From the IMG/VR virus record IMGVR_UViG_3300045988_092126: 64,000 nt of DNA; one strand, written 5' to 3'. Below, in pieces: positions 51,523 to 59,715 of the stretch. Source of the DNA: a virus. A program made the translations under genes and the position numbers. The notes under the pieces were generated by a model, which was not told where the DNA came from, ran no database searches, and saw only the letters and a program-made list of their open reading frames with translations. The stretch's first letter is position 1. Each line of letters starts with the position of its first letter.

Positions 51523-52264
51523 ATGCCCTGAATGCGGGGACAGCGGGTGGAGATGGGTAAGAGATGCAAGTGGTATTCCTTATTGTGAGGAATGCCCTTG
51601 CGGAATCAGGAAGAAAACAATCCTTGAAAATCAATTGAAATTTGCAGAGCTTCCAAACGTGTTTAAAGACTCAAATTTTAACGATTTGAAGTCAAGTGTA
51701 TATTTGAACGCCGAGAGTCGAAAAGTATTTTCTCAGGCAGCTCAGGCGGTAAATTATTGGTTTAAAAACCTTCCTGATATGCAGAAGAAAGGAATAGGAT
51801 TATATCTTTTTTCAAATGCAAAAGGTTCTGGCAAAACCAAAACAGTATGCAGTTTGTCAAATGAGATCATGAAAAAATACCAGAAGCCTGTCAAATTCAC
51901 CACGTCTCTCAGAATCCTTGATGAAATCAAGAACACATGGGGAGCCAAAGAGAACGCAGAGGGAAAGTTAATAGAGGATTTGTCCAGAACAGAAGTCCTT
52001 ATCATTGACGACTTCGGTGCCGATTCTGGCAAGGACTGGATTAATGAAAGATTCTATAGCATTATTAATGGACGGTATGTCGATAGGAAAATTACTATAT
52101 TCACAAGTAACTGCCAGATATCAGAATTGAAATACGATGAGAGGATCACAAATAGGATTCTGGAACGGTCGCTTGAAATTCCATTTCCGGAAGAATCCGT
52201 CAGGGAGCACATCGCGGAACATTTGAGAATGAAGATGATTCAAGGAATGGGAGTAGCAAAATGA
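51434..52264 (+). CDS. DnaC/IstB-like helicase loader ATPase with N-terminal zinc finger
   Basis: CPECGDSGW...CEECPCG, then Walker A SNAKGSGKTK and Walker B VLIIDDFG. Overlaps the organizer gene. GGGAGGA RBS. Confidence 0.75.
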   Translation: MELAQLKEMSNQSSHLENGTEKNQTPRSLECPECGDSGWRWVRDASGIPYCEECPCGIRKKTILENQLKFAELPNVFKDSNFNDLKSSVYLNAESRKVFSQAAQAVNYWFKNLPDMQKKGIGLYLFSNAKGSGKTKTVCSLSNEIMKKYQKPVKFTTSLRILDEIKNTWGAKENAEGKLIEDLSRTEVLIIDDFGADSGKDWINERFYSIINGRYVDRKITIFTSNCQISELKYDERITNRILERSLEIPFPEESVREHIAEHLRMKMIQGMGVAK

Positions 52265-52446
52265 GAATAAAAAGATGGAAAGAAATGTCAGAGAGGGAAG
52301 TAGTTGAGCTGAAACGTAATCAATGCATGAAATGCGTATATCTTTCTAAAAGCAGTCCGTCATCTATATCGAATGCTACCTGTGATTATATTCTTATTGT
52401 TGGTCATTCAAGAGGCTGTCCGCCTACGGAATGCGTACAGAAATGA
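52261..52446 (+). CDS. hypothetical protein
   Basis: 61 aa with ATGA overlap. Confidence 0.35.
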   Translation: MRIKRWKEMSEREVVELKRNQCMKCVYLSKSSPSSISNATCDYILIVGHSRGCPPTECVQK

Positions 52447-52486
52447 ATTTTAAAGCGTGGTAAGAGAAAAGGTGGAGAGAGTGAAT

Positions 52487-52669
52487 ATGGATTATGACAT
52501 CACACCCGAAATGGTAGGAACGTGTGTAAACATCATCATGGATTACTGCAAAGCGACAGATAATAAATGTGAGAGCTGTGCGCTTCGAGTTACCTGCCAA
52601 CACAGCTTTAAAATCCCGCCGTTTGCATGGAAGAGGGAAGAACATGAGAACAATAAGCGAAATGTATAA
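52487..52669 (+). CDS. hypothetical protein
   Basis: 60 aa from ATG 52487 (GGTGGAGAG RBS). Confidence 0.35.
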   Translation: MDYDITPEMVGTCVNIIMDYCKATDNKCESCALRVTCQHSFKIPPFAWKREEHENNKRNV

Positions 52670-52856
52670 GCGTTCTGGAGGAACAGCATATCAGCATAAA
52701 TGCGCTGAATGCCGATTCTATAGGGACGGAAAGAGAGGAAAATGTCTGATGTACGGCGGTGATCGGGATTGGCATGGAAATTTCATTGCCTGTAAATTCT
52801 TTAATCTCGAAGATGATATGCCGGAAGGACAGATGAATATTTTTGATTATGTGTGA
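52644..52856 (+). CDS. hypothetical Cys-rich protein
   Basis: 70 aa from ATG 52644. HKCAECRFYRDGKRGKC. Confidence 0.4.
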   Translation: MRTISEMYKRSGGTAYQHKCAECRFYRDGKRGKCLMYGGDRDWHGNFIACKFFNLEDDMPEGQMNIFDYV

Positions 52857-52861
52857 AAGAA

Positions 52862-52919
52862 AGGAGGAACGAGGAACCGCTGGCCAGCGAAAGGATATCC
52901 CGGTTCCTCCTTATTTTTT
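52862..52919 (+). terminator. intrinsic terminator of the early operon
   Basis: AGGAGGAAC...GTTCCTCCT (alternative inner arm GAGGAACC) followed by TATTTTTT. Confidence 0.65.
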
Positions 52920-54149
52920 ATGAATAATGACGACTTGAAATATGCTATAGAGAATGGTATTATCGACTTATCTCACATACAAGAAAACATAGAGATGAGC
53001 AAAAGAAGGGACATATTGGAACAATATGAAGCTAGTATTTGGGAGGCTTCGGACGGATATTGGAAAATCCGTATTTATGATGATGAAACTAAGAAAAGAA
53101 GACTGATTAAGAGGAGAAACAGGGAAGACCTGGAAGATGAAATAGTCAGAATCTATAAGGAAAAGATTGAGAATCCTAAAATAAGTGAAATCTTTGATGA
53201 ATGGCTTGAACGCCGTCAGGAACTGGGCAAGATATCAATGTCCACAAAGCAGAGATACCAACAGGTTTTTGACCGCCATTTCAAAGAATTTGGTACTGAA
53301 AGAATACGAGATGTTGACTCGGAGGATTTTAGTAGTTTCCTTGAAGAGCAGACGGGGAAATACAATCTGACAGCAAAGGGATTCTCAAACCTCAAGACAA
53401 TAGCCAGAGGCACATTGAAATGGGCGAAGAGAAAGAAACTGATAGATTGGAACGTGGAAGAGCTTTTTTATGATCTGGACGTGAGCGACCGTGAATTTAA
53501 GAAGAATGTTAAGGAAGAATTAGAAGAGGTATTCAGCGACGCCGAAATGAAAAGAATCGTTGATTATCTCAAAGACAATCTTGATATGGTAAATCTTGGA
53601 ATTCTGCTTATGTTTGTGACTGGAATAAGAGTCGGCGAATTAAGTTCGCTAAAGTGGGAAGACTGGGTTTATAGCAGCAACGTGGAAAGTCCAAGCATAT
53701 TAAAGATACGCCGTACGGAGACACGGTACACTGTTGATCATAATTTAGTTTTCGATGTGAAGAACTTTCCGAAATCGGAAGCAGGTGTGAGAAATATAGT
53801 AATTCCACGTGGATGTGTCTGGATTCTGCAAAGACTAAGATGCATGTCAGCATTCTACGAGTACATATTTTTCATGGATGGTCACAGGCTTAATACATCT
53901 GTATTTAGACGGCGACTATACAAGGCTTGCAAAGAAACAGGATGTGTTCAGAAATCACCGCACAAAATCAGAAAAACTTACTGTTCAATTCTTCTCGATC
54001 ACAGTATTGACAACCAGATGGTAATATCTCAGATGGGACATTCAAATATAAAATGTTCCGAGAATTTCTACCACAGAGACAGAAAAACACTTGCAAAAAA
54101 GCAGGAAATCATGGATAATATTCAGGAATTTTCGGTTATAGCAAAATAA
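52920..54149 (+). CDS. int: tyrosine integrase
   Basis: 409 aa. GIRVGELSSLKWED (Arg I), HKIRKTY (H-x-x-R), MGHSNIKCSENFYHRD (His plus catalytic Tyr). Followed by an att-like site. Confidence 0.85.
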   Translation: MNNDDLKYAIENGIIDLSHIQENIEMSKRRDILEQYEASIWEASDGYWKIRIYDDETKKRRLIKRRNREDLEDEIVRIYKEKIENPKISEIFDEWLERRQELGKISMSTKQRYQQVFDRHFKEFGTERIRDVDSEDFSSFLEEQTGKYNLTAKGFSNLKTIARGTLKWAKRKKLIDWNVEELFYDLDVSDREFKKNVKEELEEVFSDAEMKRIVDYLKDNLDMVNLGILLMFVTGIRVGELSSLKWEDWVYSSNVESPSILKIRRTETRYTVDHNLVFDVKNFPKSEAGVRNIVIPRGCVWILQRLRCMSAFYEYIFFMDGHRLNTSVFRRRLYKACKETGCVQKSPHKIRKTYCSILLDHSIDNQMVISQMGHSNIKCSENFYHRDRKTLAKKQEIMDNIQEFSVIAK

Positions 54150-54185
54150 AAATCTGATCTAAAGTATGGTTGTTTTTTACTGACA

Positions 54186-54359
54186 GGGAACAGCTAGGGA
54201 ACAAAAGGGAACACCTTGAAAATCCCGAAAGCCCTTGATTTTACTGGAAAATAAGGGTTCTATAAACGGGTTCGATTCCCGTACTGGCTGCTAAGAAAAC
54301 CTTGATTTTATGCGGGTTTCGGGACTTCTGGAATCCGCAAGGGAACACCCTAGGGAACA
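54186..54359 (+). other. attP-like site: tRNA 3'-end mimic flanked by symmetric repeats and GGGAACA arm-type sites
   Basis: GGGAACA at 54186, 54197, 54207 | TCCCGAAA 54223 | CCTTGATTTTA 54233 | T-arm ACGGG-TTCGATT-CCCGT plus acceptor ACTGGCT-G (54266-54290) | CCTTGATTTTA 54300 | TTTCGGGA 54317 | GGGAACA at 54341, 54353. Confidence 0.6.
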
Positions 54360-54501
54360 CAAACAAATATTCGATAATAAGACATGGAGGAATCTTGTAT
54401 GCGAGATATAAGAAAACTTCAGATAAAATCGCTGAAAGGCGATTATTTTTTTGCACTTTTTTAATGAATACAGTATAATGTATTCAAAGGAGTGAGACAG
54501 T

Positions 54502-55254
54502 ATGATACATACCGCATACGATGTAATGAAAGAATATCTGATAACCGGCGCAGAGTTGGATGGTCCGTACCAGATACCGGTTATTCCGCCGATACAGCTG
54601 GTACCGAAGAAAAGCATAGACTTTGTTTCTTCAAAATCCAGATCATTAAAAGGGCACAAGGATTTGACGGTGAATTTTTATATTGACGACAAGAGTTTCT
54701 TACAGATATGGAATCAGCCAGACCAGTACATTGAGCATCTGAAATGCTTTCATTCAGTTTGCGGCCCAGATTTCACAATTGCTTCCGGGATGTCTACGGC
54801 ACTAAATATATACAACCTATACAGGAATCATGCTCTGGGCTTCTATTTTGCAATTTTAGGCGTTAATATCATACCGTCAGTAAATGTTATCAGCCCAAAG
54901 GAAATGCCTTGGATTTTCGATGGTACGCCGCACAGAAGCACTGTATCATGTTGCACTAATGGGAGAGTACGGTCTAAGTCTGCCAGAATGGAATTTTGCG
55001 AGAATTTTAAAGAAATGTTAGACGTAATAGAACCAACAAAGGTTGTGATCGTGGGTATCGTGCCGGACGAACTCAATGTGGATGTACCAATTATAAACCT
55101 CAATTCGCGTAGCCAGAACATGAAGGAGATGTTCAGAAAGGAAGGACCATGGGAACAGTCAGTAGCGGATCAGCAAAACGAAGAAATAAAGAAACCGGTC
55201 GGCAGAAGAAGCGCCGAAGCAGACTTTTCAGTATTGTGGGGCGAAGAAACATGA
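54502..55254 (+). CDS. DUF4417-like protein
   Basis: 250 aa. ...VNFYIDDKSFLQIWNQP......L......CGPDF.......N.YN.YRNHALGFYF...GVNIIPSV fits the DUF4417 pattern as I recall it. Confidence 0.5.
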   Translation: MIHTAYDVMKEYLITGAELDGPYQIPVIPPIQLVPKKSIDFVSSKSRSLKGHKDLTVNFYIDDKSFLQIWNQPDQYIEHLKCFHSVCGPDFTIASGMSTALNIYNLYRNHALGFYFAILGVNIIPSVNVISPKEMPWIFDGTPHRSTVSCCTNGRVRSKSARMEFCENFKEMLDVIEPTKVVIVGIVPDELNVDVPIINLNSRSQNMKEMFRKEGPWEQSVADQQNEEIKKPVGRRSAEADFSVLWGEET

Positions 55255-55351
55255 CTGGAAAAGATGAATTGAATGTGATGAAGTGAAAAATTTACATCAC
55301 GCCGAGCTACGTTATAGAAAATTATATACAGAATGCACAAAAATAAAAAAG

Positions 55352-55392
55352 TCGCAGGTCTAAATTAGTTTCAGATTTCTGCGATTTTTTTT
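55352..55392 (+). terminator. intrinsic terminator
   Basis: TCGCAG...CTGCGA with a long loop, followed by T9. Confidence 0.45.
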
Positions 55393-55699
55393 CAGATTTT
55401 CCTAGTTCAAACCGACCCGGTTTTGATGCTGCTTCTGACTTGTCGTGCATTCCCTTGGTGCCCTTATCCCACCTCAGGACGGTCCCGGCAACCGCCAGCC
55501 GATTAGCAACGGACCACTACAGGAACCCGTGAAAGCCCCACCACCCTGCACGATCTGGAATAGCACAACCCGCCGGGGATAACCCGGAAGCAGGCTGGGA
55601 GCATCTACGGAAGCGTAAAGCCAGCGCCAGACACCGCCAGAGCCAAAGCTAATTCTAGTGCAACGTTGTAAAATGCGTTTAAAAACGTTTTTGCGCAGT

Positions 55700-55729
55700 T
55701 GTGGTAAAATATACAGAAATCACATAAAA
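55700..55729 (+). repeat. copy 1 of an approximately 30-bp direct repeat containing an extended -10 (TGGTAAAAT)
   Basis: tgtggtaaaatatacagaaatcacataaaa. Compare with 55991-56021. Confidence 0.6.
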
Positions 55730-55990
55730 CGCGCTCAAAAATCCAAATACGGCGTTATATGAGTATTTAAGGCACAACCGTCCAAGCAAAACGCCTAAAA
55801 GCGTACAGAAATAAGACCGCCGGAGCGATCACAAACAAAGTCCGCATAGCTTCGCGCAGTCCGGATGTATAAAGACCAGACCGGGCGAAGTGTCCGCGCA
55901 ACTATACACAGTAATAATAACCCTGTTGCGTTCTGCCGTCAATCCCTGTTATCAATTTGTATTTGACGTTTTAAGGTGATTTTATATGAC

Positions 55991-56021
55991 TGTGATAAAA
56001 TATACCAGAATCACGATAAAA
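55991..56021 (+). repeat. copy 2 of an approximately 30-bp direct repeat containing an extended -10 (TGATAAAAT)
   Basis: tgtgataaaatataccagaatcacgataaaa. About 290 bp from copy 1. Confidence 0.6.
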
Positions 56022-56151
56022 GCTGTTAAAACGTCGAACAGAAGACAATACAGCTATATATAATTGTCAATGTGCATCAAACCAGGGCACAAGCCTCGGA
56101 GAAGTCCCACACAGGTCACGAACCACCGCCGCCCGAAGTGGATGCAGGATA

Positions 56152-56180
56152 CAAGAAAAAGAACAGCGTTTTACTGCTCT
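56152..56180 (-). terminator. intrinsic terminator of the leftward operon
   Basis: On the minus strand: GAGCAG-uaaaacg-CUGUUC (one G-U pair) followed by UUUUUCUUGU. Overlaps the stop of 56171..56554. Confidence 0.5.
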
Positions 56181-56554
56181 AAATAATTTATATTCGTGAT
56201 CTGCGGCAAGTCCCGGAAGAACTCAGGAAAACCGCCGTCAGTAATATTGTACTGGCGGTCAGATGTTGAAATCATGCGGCCATCTTTTATCTCCATGCAG
56301 GAAAGTTGTAAATATCCCGATTTTTTAGTAGATTTATGCAGCGCGTACCGCATAACAGACACCACTCCAGACTGACAGCGCACCGGTGGTAAGTCGTACC
56401 AGATCAGCGGGACAGCACCGGAAGCAACCGCATTAAACACTTGCGCAGCGTCCTTTTTTGCAGCTGCTCTGATTTTATCAACGGTGGAAAAATCCCCGCT
56501 CAAAACGGCGTCAACGGTCTGCTCTGACGTTGGTTTTATAATTCTATCTATCAT
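56171..56554 (-). CDS. hypothetical protein
   Basis: 127 aa. Last gene of a GC-richer leftward operon. Confidence 0.45.
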   Translation of the reverse strand: MIDRIIKPTSEQTVDAVLSGDFSTVDKIRAAAKKDAAQVFNAVASGAVPLIWYDLPPVRCQSGVVSVMRYALHKSTKKSGYLQLSCMEIKDGRMISTSDRQYNITDGGFPEFFRDLPQITNINYLEQ

Positions 56555-56611
56555 ATAAAAGCCCCTTTCTAATTGAAAAAAGCAGGCGGGAAAGCCCCGC
56601 CCGAAATTGGT

Positions 56612-56980
56612 TTATTTTCTTTCCACAAACTCGATTTCTGTATAATTTTTCCCGGTCACCTCGTTTATAAATGCCAAAATTCCGGTTCTTGTGAAATCGA
56701 AACGCGAAAAATCAAATCCCTTTTGCGCAAGCCTATATTCATAAGAGCGCCCGTAGCCCTCAGTGTCGTAATATGTGCCATCGACATGTAATGCGTTAGG
56801 CTGCACCACTGGGCACCCTTTTTTATTTGCGTCGCGTCTCTGGTAGCTTCCAAAATCCGCGATAACGTGCAGGCCATCCAGCGTATCAAATTCTGTTCGA
56901 ACTCTACAATTTGGAACGTCTGAGCCGTTTCTATAGCCTGTTCCCGTGCAACCGTATTCTACTAATGTTAATTTTTTCAT
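56612..56980 (-). CDS. hypothetical protein
   Basis: 122 aa with AGGAGGA RBS on the minus strand. Confidence 0.45.
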   Translation of the reverse strand: MKKLTLVEYGCTGTGYRNGSDVPNCRVRTEFDTLDGLHVIADFGSYQRRDANKKGCPVVQPNALHVDGTYYDTEGYGRSYEYRLAQKGFDFSRFDFTRTGILAFINEVTGKNYTEIEFVERK

Positions 56981-57050
56981 GGTTTAATCCTCCTGATTTT
57001 ATTTTAAAAGGCCGCCGGGGAAATGCTCCCCGGTACGCTTGCCGGCCTGA

Positions 57051-57260
57051 TTATACTTCTATTGTTCGACCGTGGTTGTCCATGAAGACCTCACCGGCAG
57101 GCCACTGACAAAGCTTCGCGCGACCTTCTTTTACAACGCGCTCGTTATATCGTCCGGCGTGCTGAATCACCTTGTATGTGATTGTTTTAGCGGTTTTGTT
57201 CGTGATTTCGAACGTTAAACCGCTTTCATAGTATCTTTTTCCGATTTCAAATTTTTTCAT
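57051..57260 (-). CDS. hypothetical protein
   Basis: 69 aa with AGAGG RBS. Confidence 0.4.
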   Translation of the reverse strand: MKKFEIGKRYYESGLTFEITNKTAKTITYKVIQHAGRYNERVVKEGRAKLCQWPAGEVFMDNHGRTIEV

Positions 57261-57334
57261 ATTTTTACCTCTTTTCTTATTTTTTGAAATCCGGCGGTCG
57301 CGTTGGGGCTACGGATTGACCGCCGCCGGAGGTG

Positions 57335-57544
57335 TTAATCAGTCATTAGCGAAAACCGTTTCTGGCGTCCGATTCTTCGAAGTGTCAAGAATTCGTTTTC
57401 TGTGATCTTCCCGGATACTCTCATTTCTTCTGCGACTGCCAAATAAAAGTCGCAGGTCTCGAATGAGGTAACAACCTCAAAGAAGTCTTTTAAATTTTTG
57501 AATCCGGTTGACTGTTGAACCGGGAAATTGATCACTTTTGCCAT
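57335..57544 (-). CDS. hypothetical protein
   Basis: 69 aa from the ATG at 57544 (GAGGGAGGAAAC RBS). First gene of the leftward operon. Confidence 0.45.
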   Translation of the reverse strand: MAKVINFPVQQSTGFKNLKDFFEVVTSFETCDFYLAVAEEMRVSGKITENEFLTLRRIGRQKRFSLMTD

Positions 57545-57576
57545 TTTGTTTCCTCCCTCGTTCTTTATGTGATTAT

Positions 57577-57749
57577 AATAACACGTTAGCGATACATTTG
57601 CAAGACGGAATAGTGCATAAAATAAAGACTTTTTGAAAATACAAATTTGTGCAATATATAACACGATAACGATATTACGATAACGTGTTATTCCGAAATA
57701 CTCTGAAATAAATGGATGTTGACACGATAACGATATTATGATAACGTGT
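57577..57749. promoter_or_regulatory. divergent control region with two 28-bp operators and one inverted half-site
   Basis: ACACGATAACGATATTACGATAACGTGT (57661-88) and the same with one mismatch (57722-49). The second overlaps TTGACA at 57719-24. Half-site AACACGTTA at about 57580. Confidence 0.6.
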
Positions 57750-57776
57750 TAATATAGAATGATGGGAGGGTATAAA

Positions 57777-58172
57777 ATGGCTACGACAAAAGCACACATG
57801 AAAGCAACTGCAAAATATGAGAAAAATAATTATTTCAAAACCTTAGTGCGATTTAAAAAAGAAGACGAGGAACGCATAAGAGCCGCCGCAGGCGACAGCT
57901 TAAACGGATTTATTGTTAATTGTGTATTAGATGTAATTAACAAGGCGGAAGAACGGCAGACCTCCACACAAGCCCCAGAAATGCCCGCAGAACTGTCCAA
58001 ACCTGCAAGTCGGGACTATTTACCGCTTACATCGGAAAATATCGAAAAAGTCGATTTAGACGCATTGTTGACCGGCGGCACAAAGTATCAAATAGATATT
58101 TTTGACTTGTACGGTCCTGACGGGTTCAATAAACTTTTAGAGATGGCGGAAGAAAAGCGAAGCCGGGGTTGA
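57777..58172 (+). CDS. ribbon-helix-helix regulator with extended C-terminal region
   Basis: 131 aa from ATG 57777 (GGGAGGG RBS). KTLVRFKKEDEERIRAAAGDSLNGFIVNCVLDVI is a CopG/Arc-like beta-alpha-alpha pattern. Confidence 0.55.
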   Translation: MATTKAHMKATAKYEKNNYFKTLVRFKKEDEERIRAAAGDSLNGFIVNCVLDVINKAEERQTSTQAPEMPAELSKPASRDYLPLTSENIEKVDLDALLTGGTKYQIDIFDLYGPDGFNKLLEMAEEKRSRG

Positions 58173-58187
58173 TTTCCTCGGCTTCGC
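58157..58187 (+). terminator. intrinsic terminator
   Basis: GCGAAGCCG...CGGCTTCGC followed by TTGTT. A second hairpin, AGCCCCAG...CTGGGGCT-TTTT, lies at 58248-58275. Confidence 0.5.
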
Positions 58188-58274
58188 TTGTTATAATTGT
58201 TTTACGGACGTTTATTAAAATATCAGCAAATATTTAATATCCGCAGGAGCCCCAGCGTTTTACTGGGGCTTTTT

Positions 58275-58433
58275 CTATGCAGCATACATTTTCGAGATAA
58301 TCAGAAACCGGAGGGCTTCATATTGCCTGCCGTTAATCCCGGCGAAGTCATCCGCAATCTGGTCTAATAGCTTCTCTAATTTCTTTCTGCCGCTGGTGAT
58401 CTCGACCAGCTGTAAATATTTCTCATATCTCAT
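58275..58433 (-). CDS. small helical protein (52 aa)
   Basis: MRYEKYLQLVEITSGRKKLEKLLDQIADDF... with ATGA overlap with the J-domain gene. Below the ORF-track cutoff. Confidence 0.3.
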   Translation of the reverse strand: MRYEKYLQLVEITSGRKKLEKLLDQIADDFAGINGRQYEALRFLIISKMYAA

Positions 58434-59458
58434 TTTTTAGCACCTCCCAAGGCCTCCGACGGGTCAAAACGGAAAATAAACCCATGTTTAAACTTGCTGT
58501 AATATCCGCCGCGGTCTTTCATATTCTTATTTTCTGCTATGTATTCGTCACGTGTCAAAGTCTCATTAATTCGGACAATCCACAGTGTGGAGCCGTCGCG
58601 GGTGTCATCTCCTTGCGTGATTTTGTATGTGTAGCCGGTTTTTTTCGCGATTGCTTCCGGTTCCGGTGCTGATTCTTTAGCAGTTTCCTTTTTCACAGCC
58701 GGCTTGCTTGATTTATTCTTAATTCTGGCAGTTTTCTGAACGATTTTGACATCCGCGCCGTTATTTCGGCAACATCCGAAATAATAGAAATCTACATCAA
58801 AATAGTCAATCATTCCGTCGCAATCGTGATAGTTATAAGATTTTACAAAAGTGTCCACGTCGTCAATAACTGACCGTGTTACTTCATTCAGAACGAATCT
58901 ATAACTATTATTAGATTCGTCAATTATTTTTGCTTTTTCTTCTTCCGGAAGGTCCAGAAAATCCATTCTTTTTTCACCGTCAAAAGGATATAACCGGCGG
59001 GAAATCTCAAGAAAGTCGTTGCTTGTAAGCTCTTCAAAAGGCTTATAAACTGCAATCGGGCTCTCCTTTAATTCAACGTGCAATTCCTGGCACATAGAAG
59101 CGTATGAGGTGCGTACACTGAATTTATATGTCGGGTATTTCTCTTTTACATATTTACGGACAATCTGCGCAACCTCTTTCAGTGAACGGCTCCAGTCGTG
59201 GTTGACTCCTTCCCAGCCGAAAGCAGTATAAAAATTACTTCTTGTGCTGCTGGCAGTCTCTGACTTTTCCTCTTCTGTCAGATCGTTGTTGACTTCTGCG
59301 CGGTCTTTCCATATTTTGAAAAACGCATCATATTCCACATTAATTTCCTTCATAGTTTCCAAATCGCCGCCGTTATCTGGATGATTCTCCTTCAGAAGCT
59401 TTTTATACTGGTTTTTTAAATCTTTGTAACTTTCTACGCTTTTAAAATATTTGCTCAT
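58430..59458 (-). CDS. J-domain (DnaJ-like) protein
   Basis: 342 aa. N-terminal YKDLKNQYKKLLKENHPDNGGDLETMKEINVEYDAF carries the HPD tripeptide and J-domain helices II/III. No Gly/Phe or zinc-finger region. Confidence 0.7.
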   Translation of the reverse strand: MSKYFKSVESYKDLKNQYKKLLKENHPDNGGDLETMKEINVEYDAFFKIWKDRAEVNNDLTEEEKSETASSTRSNFYTAFGWEGVNHDWSRSLKEVAQIVRKYVKEKYPTYKFSVRTSYASMCQELHVELKESPIAVYKPFEELTSNDFLEISRRLYPFDGEKRMDFLDLPEEEKAKIIDESNNSYRFVLNEVTRSVIDDVDTFVKSYNYHDCDGMIDYFDVDFYYFGCCRNNGADVKIVQKTARIKNKSSKPAVKKETAKESAPEPEAIAKKTGYTYKITQGDDTRDGSTLWIVRINETLTRDEYIAENKNMKDRGGYYSKFKHGFIFRFDPSEALGGAKK

Positions 59459-59700
59459 TTTTTAACCCTCCTTAAACTTAATACAGCATCATCTTTCATG
59501 TCGTATGTGCCGCGGCTGTCGAAAGTTATTACTACTTTCGTGCCGTTTTTTAATTTTGCGTCAAATCCCCATTCTTCGCCGCGAATGTCGGCTACTGTCT
59601 GGGTTCTTGCGTGATATACGCCCGGCATTGTGTAAACGTTGGAGTTCTGTGGAGCATGTGCTAAGGCTGCGATCATTGTCACAATTATTAATTTCTTCAT
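59455..59700 (-). CDS. small protein with N-terminal hydrophobic signal-like segment
   Basis: 81 aa. MKKLIIVTMIAALAHA... ATGA overlap with the J-domain gene. Confidence 0.4.
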   Translation of the reverse strand: MKKLIIVTMIAALAHAPQNSNVYTMPGVYHARTQTVADIRGEEWGFDAKLKNGTKVVITFDSRGTYDMKDDAVLSLRRVKK

Positions 59701-59715
59701 AATGGTTTTTTCTCC

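Noticed and set aside
54215-54290. Possible complete tRNA gene downstream of the integrase.
   Set aside because: Only the T-arm and 3' acceptor strand are present. The positions where the anticodon stem and the 5' acceptor (AGCCAGT) should lie do not pair. It is treated as an att core, not as a gene.
54241-54659. Minus-strand ORFs 54241..54456 and 54291..54659 across the att region.
   Set aside because: They run through the tRNA-like core and the arm repeats, and into the promoter and 5' end of the DUF4417-like gene. They have no RBS and implausible composition.
55986-56063. 25-codon ORF (MTVIKYTRITIKAVKTSNRRQYSYI) with an AAGGTGA RBS in the ORF-free region.
   Set aside because: It is too short to support on its own, and the paralogous repeat copy at 55700 is not coding. 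It is noted inside the finding instead.
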